Part shown: positions 38,501 to 50,500 of the stretch, one piece after another
Layout of the letters: every line of letters starts with the position of its first letter
How positions within the stretch are numbered: position 1 is the stretch's first letter
Source of the DNA: Aplysia californica
Taxonomy: Eukaryota
Direction: 5' to 3'
DNA length: 64,000 nucleotides
Assembly: GCF_000002075.1 (NCBI RefSeq)
Contig: NW_004797282.1
Span: forward strand, 168,590 to 232,589
Position numbers and translations under genes: made by a program
The notes under the pieces: generated by a model
The model's database searches: none
What the model saw: only the letters and a program-made list of their open reading frames with translations
Told to the model about the DNA's origin: nothing

Positions 38501-41500
38501 AACATGAGGCTAGATCTATACGGGTCGTGCACTTAAAATAGTGCTCAGTATTGCGCGACAATGCGCGATAGTATCGAACGGAAATACGACTTGAAATAAA
38601 CAAACCTGGCGGATTTTCTAAAATTACAGAGACAGAAGAGTCAGCCTACAAAAGTGATCGGCGAAATAAAGAAATTTAGCTTTTTGCAGCAAAACTGTCT
38701 CAAAACTGAAAAAACGAAGGGCGTCATGATCTGGAGAATATTTTAAAGAATCTTTTGACAAAAACCGCATGTCGATTGATGAAGCCATTAAAAAGCCTTT
38801 TGAATAGAGCCAAATTCTGCCACCTCAAATAGATAATAGAAGCAAAATCAGACCAACTGTAAACGTACCCTATGATTATTTCCTGAATTCAGCAGCAAAG
38901 TGGGTGAAATCAAGCACAATAAAAGCAAATTTCCATCGACCTTAGTTAATCTGTAAAAACTTTTTTGTTGTTTAGTGCCATCACAAAGAAAATGGTCAGA
39001 AGTCAATCTTCTTTAACTCCTTCGATGCCTTATGACGTTCCTGGTATGTCATGAAAATGTGTGAGTACGTCACAGAAGTTGGCATAATCTGCCGCTCTTG
39101 GTTGCCTATATGATGTTATGTTATATATGTATGTTACGCGCTAATAACTTGGCACTAATTCTTCTGAACAAATTTTTAGCCACAAACACTGCGTAGATTC
39201 GTATTCCGGAATAAACGATGCGCATATCGGTACCAAATTTGCCAGTGCCCTATTACATAACTGCTAGGCCTGCAAGCGATTGATGAACACAGATCTAGGT
39301 CCGCGGGCAGCCGCATGCTCTCGTAAAATGGAAACATCGAAATGACTTTAAAAAGGCAAATAAATTCACCTTCGACTTAGATTTGCACGTTATTCAAAGT
39401 TATGAGTAAGATGGGAGGAAATGGGGTATAAGAAAAGTGACAATTGAAAACTAGTGTCCGAAATATGTCACGAGTGCGCTAGATCTATACAGCGCGTCCA
39501 TTAATACTGAGACATCAGTGTTGACAGTAAAAAGGGAACATATACCCCCTGGCAACGAAAGGGTTAATGAACCAAAATAAGAACGTGGGAACCTCATACC
39601 ATTTTTATGCAGTTTCTGTCTTTAAATACACTGGGCAAATCAGTTCCAAGGCCCATGGCAACAATCTCTACAGCCTGACTAATCAGGTTATTTTTTTTCA
39701 CAAAGTCTTCGCTGGCCAGGATAGCACAGGCAGACCCATCAGAAGTAGGGCTGAAAAATAAAACAAAAACCAGGACAAAAGAATTTAAGCTTTATTTTTC
39801 TTCAGTATCCTTTTCTAGAGATTTTAATTTTGAGCTAGAAATGTTCTATTAGACAAAAACGAGGATCACCTCATTCTGACAACAGTAAGCAAAGCCCCTA
39901 ATCTTAACATTTTCCAGAGTAACTGAAAAACTTCAGCTTTTGAAATTTCAAAACTTCCAGGGCACAACTCAAACAAAACCCATACAAAACTGCAACTGTT
40001 ATTTCTGCAATAAATATATCAGGAACACATTAAAAAATGCATTGTATTTAAAGGAAAAAAAAGTTAGTTAATATAGTTTTAATTTCCTAATTAAAAAAAA
40101 AAAGTACTTTCTATTTTCTGAAATTCACATAGCCCAAAAAACATGTGAAAGTTTATAGCAGACTGATTGCTAAAGTTGTACAAAATGAGAGCATATTAAA
40201 GTTGGTTATAAATCAAAACTTTGTTTTAAAAAACCCAAACAAATGAACAAAATGAATGCAAAACTAAAAACAAAGTATCAATACTATTATATCTTCTAAC
40301 AGAACAAGAAAATAGAAAATAATTGAATTTCTTATGAAGTTTAATTTTACAAGGACAAAAAATATCCAAGGAAGTAATTGTAAGTTAGACTGGGCCAAGC
40401 TGAAGAATGACCTTACTCAGCTATTTTGCGCTTGAGAGCATAAAGGATCCTCAGCATGTTAGACATTATGCAAATACAGGTCACATATTTCAAATGATGA
40501 CATTTAGCACTCTACTTAAAGAGCGGCTTGAACACCTGGTACCCACAACTCTCTAGAAAAGAAGAACCCTAACTTTTGAGCACTATCATTTACATTTGCT
40601 AATGAAAGTCCTGTGACAATGACTTAATTAAACTGCAGAGACAAGCACTTTATAACAAATATAATAAAAGATGATTAATGACATTTTAGGATATAATACC
40701 TTTACTTGGTACCTGAAGCTCATGGAAAATCAGTCTTGTGCACTTTAAACCATTTATGAACACATTAGTATATACTATATTGAGGTCCTCAACCGATCAA
40801 GCTCACAAAGCATAGAAAGCATGCTCGTCAAAGCCCATCTGAGATGGGTCGGCCATGTCATCAGCATGGAAGACCACCGAATGCCCAAACAGCTGCTGTA
40901 CGACGAACTCGCAAGTGGCAAAAGAAATCTCGGGAGGCCAAAAAAGCGGTTCAAAGACATTATAAAGGAAAACCTTCAGCTCGAACAGGTAACCCCCAAA
41001 GAACTCAAAAGAACTGCCACCGAAAGAAACGCCTGGCGCAGGGCCGTCCGTATTGCCATCAGAAACTGTGATATAAACTACAGGGAGAGGCTGACTACCA
41101 GAAGAGAGAGGAGACATAAGCCAACCACCACAACCACGACATTCCAGTGTCCCCACTGCAACAGACATTGTACATCCAAGATCGGATTGCACAGCCACAT
41201 ACGCGTCCACAGGAGCTGCAGGATTCATCGTCATCTTTGGCAACGAAGGACTACCTACCAGTATATACTTTTACCCTATATATTGGACCAGATTATCTGC
41301 TAATTTTGTGAGATGATACAACTCAACCTTTCGGTAATAACTAGACTCAACTTGAAAAGAAACAGAGGAAGACAAATTAGCCCTTTGCTTGGGGCAATCT
41401 GTCAAATACAACGGGAGCACGAGAGATCATAGATCCTTTAATTTTAATCATAACTACTTTCAAAGATCTTCTTCAGGTGTCTGGTCTGGAGCAGACATTG

Positions 41501-44500
41501 ATGATCATGGTACCCCATTCTTTCCTGTTGTCTGTCTTCTTGATCAGCTCGGTTTTTCTCTTTGCTTTATTTGTTGCAAAGTTGTTCAGCCTCTGCTCTT
41601 CTTTCCCTCTATCTTTCCACACAGCAGCAGTTTCTCTAGTCCATTTGATCTATTTACATGGCCACAGGATTCCAGTTGTCTTTTTCTGACGGTTCCGATT
41701 ACAGATCTTTCATGACCTGCCATTTGGAGCACTTTTCTGTTTGTTTTCCTATTTACTTACAAAGATAGGGGTCGAAACTGCAAATGGGATTCTGCGTACC
41801 GCAGCACTTTAGACAGACTTACCAGCACTGCAGCTTGGTCAGAGGAGAGTGAACTTCAGGAGACTTCATGATATCCTCAAGGCTGTACTCTGTCTGAAAT
41901 TGAGAGTACCTGAAGACAAAAAAAAAATTGCTTTAAAAAAGTCATCCTTACTTGAAATGTATTAAAGAATTCATCATTTAATCAATTTAAACAACTTTCT
42001 CAACAGCACATATTTAGAGACCTTTTCTACAGATAATTTACTAGTTTATTCCTGTAATATTTTAAAGAACTTAGCTTTAAATGAGAAGTAGTGGAGATCA
42101 TGAACAGGCACGATATACGTAAAGAAACTGGAAGGTGGCTCTCCTTGCCTAGAGGTTAAGGTGTTCGACTCTCTCTCAAAGGTCACGGGTACAAATCTGG
42201 GTAGCGACGGAAAAAATGTTCTTCTCTAAAATTGTCTCCTTTCACTTCCTTTCGTGCTGTCTAGCAATGTTCTGTCGTCTGCTTTCGTCTCCACTTTCTG
42301 TCCCCATTCCCACATCTCCTTTGCCCCTTCCTCTGGGCTCCTGACTCTTTCTGCAGCCTTTCTACTGCTGCTCCTTGGCTCCTTCTTACTGCTGTCTTTC
42401 AGTCACACCCCAGATCTTCTGGTAGGAAAGATCTACACTTAGCCTTCTCGGACAAGGGTGAAAAATCTAGGAGGTCTCGTGTGCTAGTTGCGCATGTTAA
42501 AGATCACTTGGTGGTCTAAAATTGATAAGAGTAGGCTTCGACCGCCACCCGGGCAATATTCAAAATTTCCTACCAACTGAAAATGTTTCATGATAATGTG
42601 TCCAGCGTGCTCATATGGGACATAAAATGTCTCAGTATGTTTAATTGTGTATGCACATATTCGATTAAGGCTTCTTGAAGAGGAAACGTGTCATTTTCAA
42701 TATCCAATAAATGATACATGTATCAAATCCAATCCTAATGTTATGCATTCTTATGAAAGAACTTAAAGGGCTCAGAGAATGCGAGTTTCTTTGCTTTTCA
42801 AGATACTTGTCAGGTTGACAAAAGAAATGTGGAAGAGGAAGAATAAAGAGTTTGACTTTGAGACAAACAGTCAACAAATTAAAGTATAGGAAAAGTATGT
42901 ACAAATATCATAATACTGGAAAGAGATTTTTAAAAAACAACAAACACACTACTTACGGATTATTTGTGGAATGCTTGTGGTTTTTCCAGGCAATTTTGGC
43001 AAATGTTTCAGGCTTTGTACCTTAAAAAAGAGAAACACAATCTTTTTTTTATTATCTTAAAGGACAATCCTTTGACTTTAAAAATATTCATTTGCACTAT
43101 AGAGTCATTTCAGAGGCAGCAGCCACAAGTTTCACTGTTTAATCTCTATAAAATATGGCAGGTAGGCCTCTTTGTTACTTTTATGTAATAACAGTGTTTT
43201 GAGAGGTAGACACAATAATGGTACTAGAACACTACAAACATGGTTTGACCACATATGTCACTTGCTCTTCTCTGACTCCAAATATAAATCAAGTTATGAT
43301 CACTAAAAAAGAACAAATGGAAATAATGCTGAAAAATTACCATATTTCTCCATGTGCTCTCTCCCAGCATTTCCAAACATTTGTGGGGCAAAGGGAGCCT
43401 TTGAATAGCCGTGTCCTTCTAACATCACCTCTACGTGCTTGTCCATAGGATTTGTTCTGTCTGTATACTAGAGAAGAGAAATCAGAGTATGCTCATTTAC
43501 TTTACTTCAAATCTAAAACAGAACATAAATCATTTTACATTATCACTATCCATCAGCAGTCCTCAAGACATGGTGAGTAGCAGATAATAAGAACTGAACA
43601 AAAACCAACAAACTGAGTTCCTTAAACATTAAGAAGTCATGGTACTAGTGATTGCATTGTAATGATCCTGACCTATTACAAAAATTGACAATTCGTTTGT
43701 TTAATTCTACTGAAAGAAAATTTACTAAAGCAAGCTCAAATACAGCCATTTTCATCAGATTCAATTTCAATATATAAGCAGTAAAAAGTGCTCTGCCCTT
43801 AATATTCTATAGAAAGAAAGATTTCACTCACTCATGTTATTCACATTCCATGAGCATTTGATGCTGTTCTCCTTTCACAAGGATAAAAACCACTCAATAG
43901 CCTTGTGGACTAACAGTGTGAGATGTCGTCATGAAAATGTAGAACATACCTTCATGGTCAAAGATCCTTTTTCCATTTTTTCAAATCCCATAGCCATGAC
44001 ACAGTCAGCCAGTCCTAAGTCACAAAACACATCATTAGTAAATCAATGATGATGTGTTATGTTCAAGAGGAAGAGATCAACATTCCCACATCAGCAATTT
44101 ACAAAGTAAAATAAAGACCATGTTTGTTAGCAGCCCTTCAAATGCTGCTATACTGGGAAGGGGGGAAAAAAGCCAAATTAAAATCTTTGCAAAAAAAAAT
44201 AAAATAAAGGTGTTTGGATACTTGAGCCTCAGTATATAAGCCCTGGATCAGAGACACACTGTCCTGCATACAGATGAAAACTCAGTGTATATCTGGATTA
44301 TCAAAAAAAGTAACACATTGGCATTTGTGTATATTTCAGAATTCTGGAGGCTGAAAACCCCCACCTACCTATAAATCGTTTTAAAAGTTAATCTCTACAT
44401 GTGTCATGATGCAATGGAATCAGGTGCTCGTCAATCTTTGGGCATAGGGAGCTATTGGTATTGTTTTAAAGTTTGTCAATTTATCTTGCTTTTGATGAAA

Positions 44501-47500
44501 AAATACTCATCTAACTAGTTTCAGAGATAAAATTAGCGAGAAAATGGCCACCAAATTTTTGACGACTTCCAAAGCCAAATACGAGGGCTGGCCCACGGAA
44601 AACCGGAATTTTGCTGTAATTTGAAAACTATTCAATATTTTCACATTCTGTAAACGCACACTTGTAAAACAATCATATTGGAATTTCCCGATTGAACACC
44701 ATGAGCATCGCACAAACCAAACGAACACAGCAGTTCTCCAAAGATGGCTACCCACTTGGAAAATTGGTCAAGGATAGAAGTGAGATCTGTCATTCGGTTT
44801 CTGACCGCAAAAGGTCTCAAACCTATAGAAATACACGCTGAAATAAAGTCAGTTTACGGGGAGAAAGTAATGGCAAAGTCACAGGTATATGAGTGGAGTA
44901 GTAAGTTCAAAGCCGGGCATACGGATATCAATGACATAGTCCACCCAGGACTTTGTTCTTCTGCCAAGACTGAGGACAACAAGAGTCGCGTTAACGAACT
45001 CATTCAAACAGACAGGCGCCTAAAAATTCGCGAAATTTCCGAGTCGCTAAACATTTCAAAGTCAACTGTCCATAGGATAGTGTTTGATGAGCTGCACTAT
45101 CGAAAGGTCTCTGCTCGATGGGTCCCAAAAGAGCTGACAGCTGACCACAAGACGCGTCGTGTTGAAGTGTCTCAGACTTTGTTGAATCGTTGTCGCCAAG
45201 CTGTCACAGGAGTCATGAACGCATCTGGAGACCTCCAACAATACGATGAAGCATTTCTGAGAAGCATTATTACAGGTGATGAGACCACATGACCCCTGAG
45301 ACGAAGAGGGATTCAATGGTTTGGAAGCACACGTCTTCACCTCCCCCGAAAAAGTTTAGAGTTCAGCCATCGGTGAAGAAACTCATGGTCACGGTTTTCT
45401 GGGATGCTAAGGGTGTTCTGCTTCTTGACATTCTGGAACCAGGACAAACTGTCAATGCTAACAGATACTGCCAGACTCTTGATAAGTTAAGAGAGGTTGT
45501 GCGCCGAAAAAGACCAGGCTGGTTGTCCAGCGGGATCATTTTGCAGCATGACAACGCAACGCCACACACCGCAAACGCTACGAAAGACTGGATCCAAAGG
45601 TTCGGCTGGGAAGTGCTGCCACACCCACCTCACAGTCCTGACTTGACCCCGTCAGATTATCACCTTTTTGGACCAATGAAACGCCATATTTCTGGACAGC
45701 GATTCACCGACGACGAAGACCTCGTGGAAGCCATGAAAGATTGGTTGAAATCCCTTGATGAAAAATTCTTCAGGGACGGTATCTTCTCTCTGATCCAGCG
45801 ATGGAAAAAATGCGTCCAGCGGGATGGTGATTACATTGAGAAATAAAGCACACGTTGAGGTATGATGTGTTACATTTTTATTATAATAGGACAAAGATTG
45901 TTGCTTTTATGGACTTTTTCCGGTTTTCCGTGGGACAGCCCTCGTATAATTGGAAATTGGTAATTCATATTTTTGTGCAAATATCATAATACTGGTTTTT
46001 CAGTAAAATTCACACAGATATGGTTTATACACGGAAATAAAAGGTGGAACTTCAGTAAATTATCATCACTGGGCAATGATTATATAAAAAATAGTTCTTA
46101 CCTCCTGCAACAAGGTTACGTGCCATAAAAAGAGCTGTTGATCCTGTTGAACAGGCATTGTTCACCTGAAAAGTAAGTATAAAAACCAAAGCTCAGTAAC
46201 TGAACAAGAAGAAAAAGAAGCAAAAATGAGCTGACAGAACTGGCAATTTCTTGTTTTGTTTTTGTAAGTGTTTTACGGCGCTCGCAACTGCATAAGGTCA
46301 TATGAGCGCGCGGGACACACTAAACTTTTTCAGTTGGTAGGAAATTTAGAATTTTGCCCGGGTGGCGGCTGAAGCCTACTCTTATCGATTTTAGACCACC
46401 AAGGGATCTTTAACGTGCACACGGGACCTCCGAGATTTTTCGCCCTTGTCCGAGAACGCTAGGTGTAGATCTTTCCTACCAGAAGATCAGGGGTGTGGCT
46501 GAAAGACAGCAATAAGAAGAAGCCAATGAGTAGCAGTAGAAAGGCTGCAGAAAGAATCAGGAGCCCAGAGGAGGGGGCAAAGGAGGTGAAGGCGTAGGGG
46601 CAGAAAAAGGAGACGAAAGCAGACGACAGAACATTGCTAGAGAGTAGGAAAGGAGGTGAAAGGAGACAAATTTAGAGAAGAAAATTTTTCGGTCGCTACC
46701 CCGATTCGAACCCGGGACCTTTTGAATGAGAGGCCAACACCTTAACCTTTAGGCCACGAGAGCCCCCTTGGCAATTTCTATATGAATCATGAAATGTCAA
46801 AGGTTCACAACCAATACATCTTCGTATTTAGACCAGAGTTTTGTATAATCTTAACACAAAAAAAGGATTCATAATCAGAAGACCTGCTTGAGGGAGTACT
46901 ATAAAAATCTATCAAATTCACAGGCACAATACTTACTGAGATTAAGGAACATGCCTCTCTGAAACTTTCTTTATTTCGAAAACATATCATAATCATTTTT
47001 TTGTTTTTCAAAATAGAATTCAGAGCCATCACTAGATCTATACGAATTATATGCCAAATGACAGAGGACTCACGTTGTAGATTGGAATGCCTGTAAATCC
47101 CAATTGGTAGAGCGCTCTCTGTCCACAAGTTGTATCACCTGTATAAGAAGACCTTACATTGTGACGCATATATACACTTATCAATAAAAAATTATCTTCA
47201 TAAAACATGAATTAAAGGGAGATAATAAAATGATAACATTAACACAAAGATAACACATGTGATAACCATCTCTTGTTGTGCAAAATCGTTAGGAACTTCT
47301 TGCAAGACCTTCTTTACCCAATAAAAAGTTATTTTCAAAAGGGGAAATAAATACAATGAACTTTTTAATTGCACTGAGCAGAAGAAAATGAATTCTTAAA
47401 CTAAAGAATTATGATTTGGTAGCTATACTATACTCTAAGCAGCATACTGAACGCCTGATACTTATACGTTGCTCTGTTACAATTATATATTTTGTTTCTG

Positions 47501-50500
47501 GCAGTATAAGCCATAAGACGATCAATATAAATGGCATCAATTAAAAATGAAACCTTATACGTAGCTGCTTACCATACACATAGCCACAGCAAGCTTGTTC
47601 AACTTGATCATATCGAATTCCTGCATCTTGCAAAGCTTTTGTTCCTATTGAAAAATACAATAAAAACAGATAATAACAATAATTTACATTACACACATTG
47701 TTTTACTACAGATAAAATGACAGATTCTGTCATAAAAAAATACCAGATCATGACTGTTCATCACAATCATTACTCAATAATTATGAACATGTGTCTCAGC
47801 AAGAAGGAATCATTTACAAAGATTTTAGCATACAAAAACAAGCATGTACATTCTACAAAAGTTTGACATATATATATAAAAAGTACCGTCAAAATGGTAT
47901 CAACAAACATTTTAATGCAGTCTTAATAGCCCTCATCTACACAATTTAGATCACAAAGGAGGAGGGCACCCAATGATAAGGGCCTAATAGGGCTGAGAAG
48001 GGTACACCATCCCTGCAGAAAGGTGGAGATGCTTGACAACAATTCCTCTCCACTCGAGGATTGGACTTTGGTCTCCTGCATCCGACAATAAAGTATTATA
48101 AAGCGCCTTAGCACTATGTACACAACTGAAACCAGGTATAGTATAAATGAATCCTTATCCCATTAATCAAACTATAAATTTAAACATGATTTTGATAATG
48201 CAAGGTATTAAACACGAATCAAAATGTTGAGCAGCATACAACAAAATTAACAATGACACACACAAGCTGCTAATAGGGCCCATAATTAGATATATAATTT
48301 ACTTTTGTTAAAAAATGTCACCAGAATATTTAAATTAAATCACGTTACCTGATTCTTTGGCCATGTCAGGATAATCAAAGTTAGGTCGGCGACCAGGCTT
48401 TTCAAACTGAAATAAAATGATATGCAAGAATCTAGGCTTAGGCTCCGCACAATTAGATTTGAAAAATTTAAACTTCACACTATTGAAATCAGTGTACCTC
48501 TGTTCGATTGCATAATTCTACAAAACATTAATCAATGTTAAAAGAAGAAAAAACATGAAAGAAGAACCACCCCGCAAAAGACAATCAATAACATGACAAA
48601 AGGACAAAACAGTTTTTCGCGCTTTAAGTAGGAAGCTTGAATATCAATCTTGATGCAACTGAAAATCTAAAAATAAATTATTAAAACAAACAAAAAAATT
48701 AAAGTAATGGGTGGTGTCGCTGTCTCTAAATGAGCTTTTCGGAGACAAGTTTACTAAAAATTTTACTGACCCTGTGATACTGATCCAAATAACAGTTTTT
48801 AATATAGGGCCCAAAAAGAGAAACTTTTTAATTACTGGATCCAAAAACAAAAAAAATTAGTTTGGTTGCTGATTTGCAAAAGTGCCACGCAAAGTTTCAT
48901 GGGCACAGGTTAATTAATTAAATGATTATAAGCCTAGAGTCTGTTTGAATGGGGATCCACCCCGGAAAGTCAAAAGTCCTAGGGATAGAGATGCACTTCG
49001 AAAAAAGCAAGTCACAGTAGAGGGAAATGAACTAGAAGACGTCGAATCCTTCTGCTATCTTGGGAGTATAATTGACAGAGAGGGAGGAACAGGCGCTGAA
49101 ATAAAGTCCCGTATTGGAAAGGCACAGACTGCATTTATTTCTTTGAACAGGATATTTTCAACTCAAATGTGAAGTCCGTCCTGTTGTATGGATGTGAGAC
49201 ATGGAATGCATCTCAGACGTGCATAAAGAGGATCCAGGTTTTCTTGAACCAGTGTCTGAGGAAGCTACGAGGATCAGATGGACAGACAGGATCACCAACG
49301 TGGAAGCACTAAGAAGAAGGAGACAGAGCCCAGTCAGAGATGAGGTGGGAAGAAGGCGTTGGCGATGGATTAGACACACTGTTAGATTGGAACCCACAGG
49401 GTAAAAGATCAAGGGGAAAACCCCATGGAACCTGGAGAAGAGTCACGGAAATGGATGTGCAGGAAAGTGGGAAGATATGGAGTGACATCAAGCGACTCGC
49501 CCAGAATAGAGAAAGGTGAAAAAGGTTTGTTCGTGGCCTATATATCCTGATCCAGGGTGAGAAAGGCAATGATGAAAATGATGATGAGCTAGAATTTTTT
49601 TTTTTACGTGAGACAGACTAGTATTGCTTGTCCAATTTTCTTCCACATTAAATAAAATCCAAACTGTCAGTAAAAATCAGTCTAGTTTCAGAGTGGGCCA
49701 TTGGATCTATTAGAAGTTAGAATGAATCCAATGAGTGTAGGCAGGCTAATTCTTATTTTCTAAAAAGAAAACCTGAATAACGAGATGCAAAAAATTATTG
49801 CCTGTGGCTATGCATACAGCTCTCTAAAGTACAGACTTAGATTTCCTTGATAATTGCTCAGCTGGACCGCGTCACTTTATTGTGTGCAAACAAGATAGTT
49901 CACAACCCTATTTGAGCCAATTAAAAAAGTGTCCTCAAAATTGGGTGGCGCCCTCTTCGAAAAAGTGCGGTTGTGCCATCAGTTACCCTACTTGGGTGAA
50001 AATTATTTATAATAAAAGTGAAACTAACAAACTGTGCTATAAATTTTTCTGCTGGAAAAACGAAAGAGAGCTTCAAAACAAAAACTGCAGCGTCATCTTT
50101 TTTGGTTGAGTGAACTATATTGTTATGTACAATCTTTTTGGACAAGAGACGCTTTACGAGGTCAAGATAACTTGCAAAGTCACTAGTTACTATTTATAAC
50201 TTTGACCTGTAATTTACTACGTCATTAATTCCCTATATAAGGAATACAGAAATTTTCCATTGAAAAAAGATAATCGTCTATGCCTTTATATATAGCTGTG
50301 CGCTTCCCAATCCAAGTAGGTCAGCCCTATATATATATATATATAGGGCCTGCACGCTTCCCGGGTAGCCCGGCTCACACCTTTTAAAAAGGGCCTGCAC
50401 GCTTCCAGGGTTTCAGTTTGTCCACTTAATTGTAGTGTCCGGTTTGATAGTTTAGTTTATGTGCCGCCACAGAATTTTATTAGAGTCTAAAGTAAAATTC

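Noticed and set aside
40803-41243. 146-aa minus-strand ORF (and 57056-57472)
   Set aside because: Antisense frames of RTE LINE fragments.
46690-46768. tRNA gene (A/B boxes); also 42134-42210
   Set aside because: It continues into a SINE body and tail bounded by a TSD. It is a SINE head, not a stand-alone tRNA.
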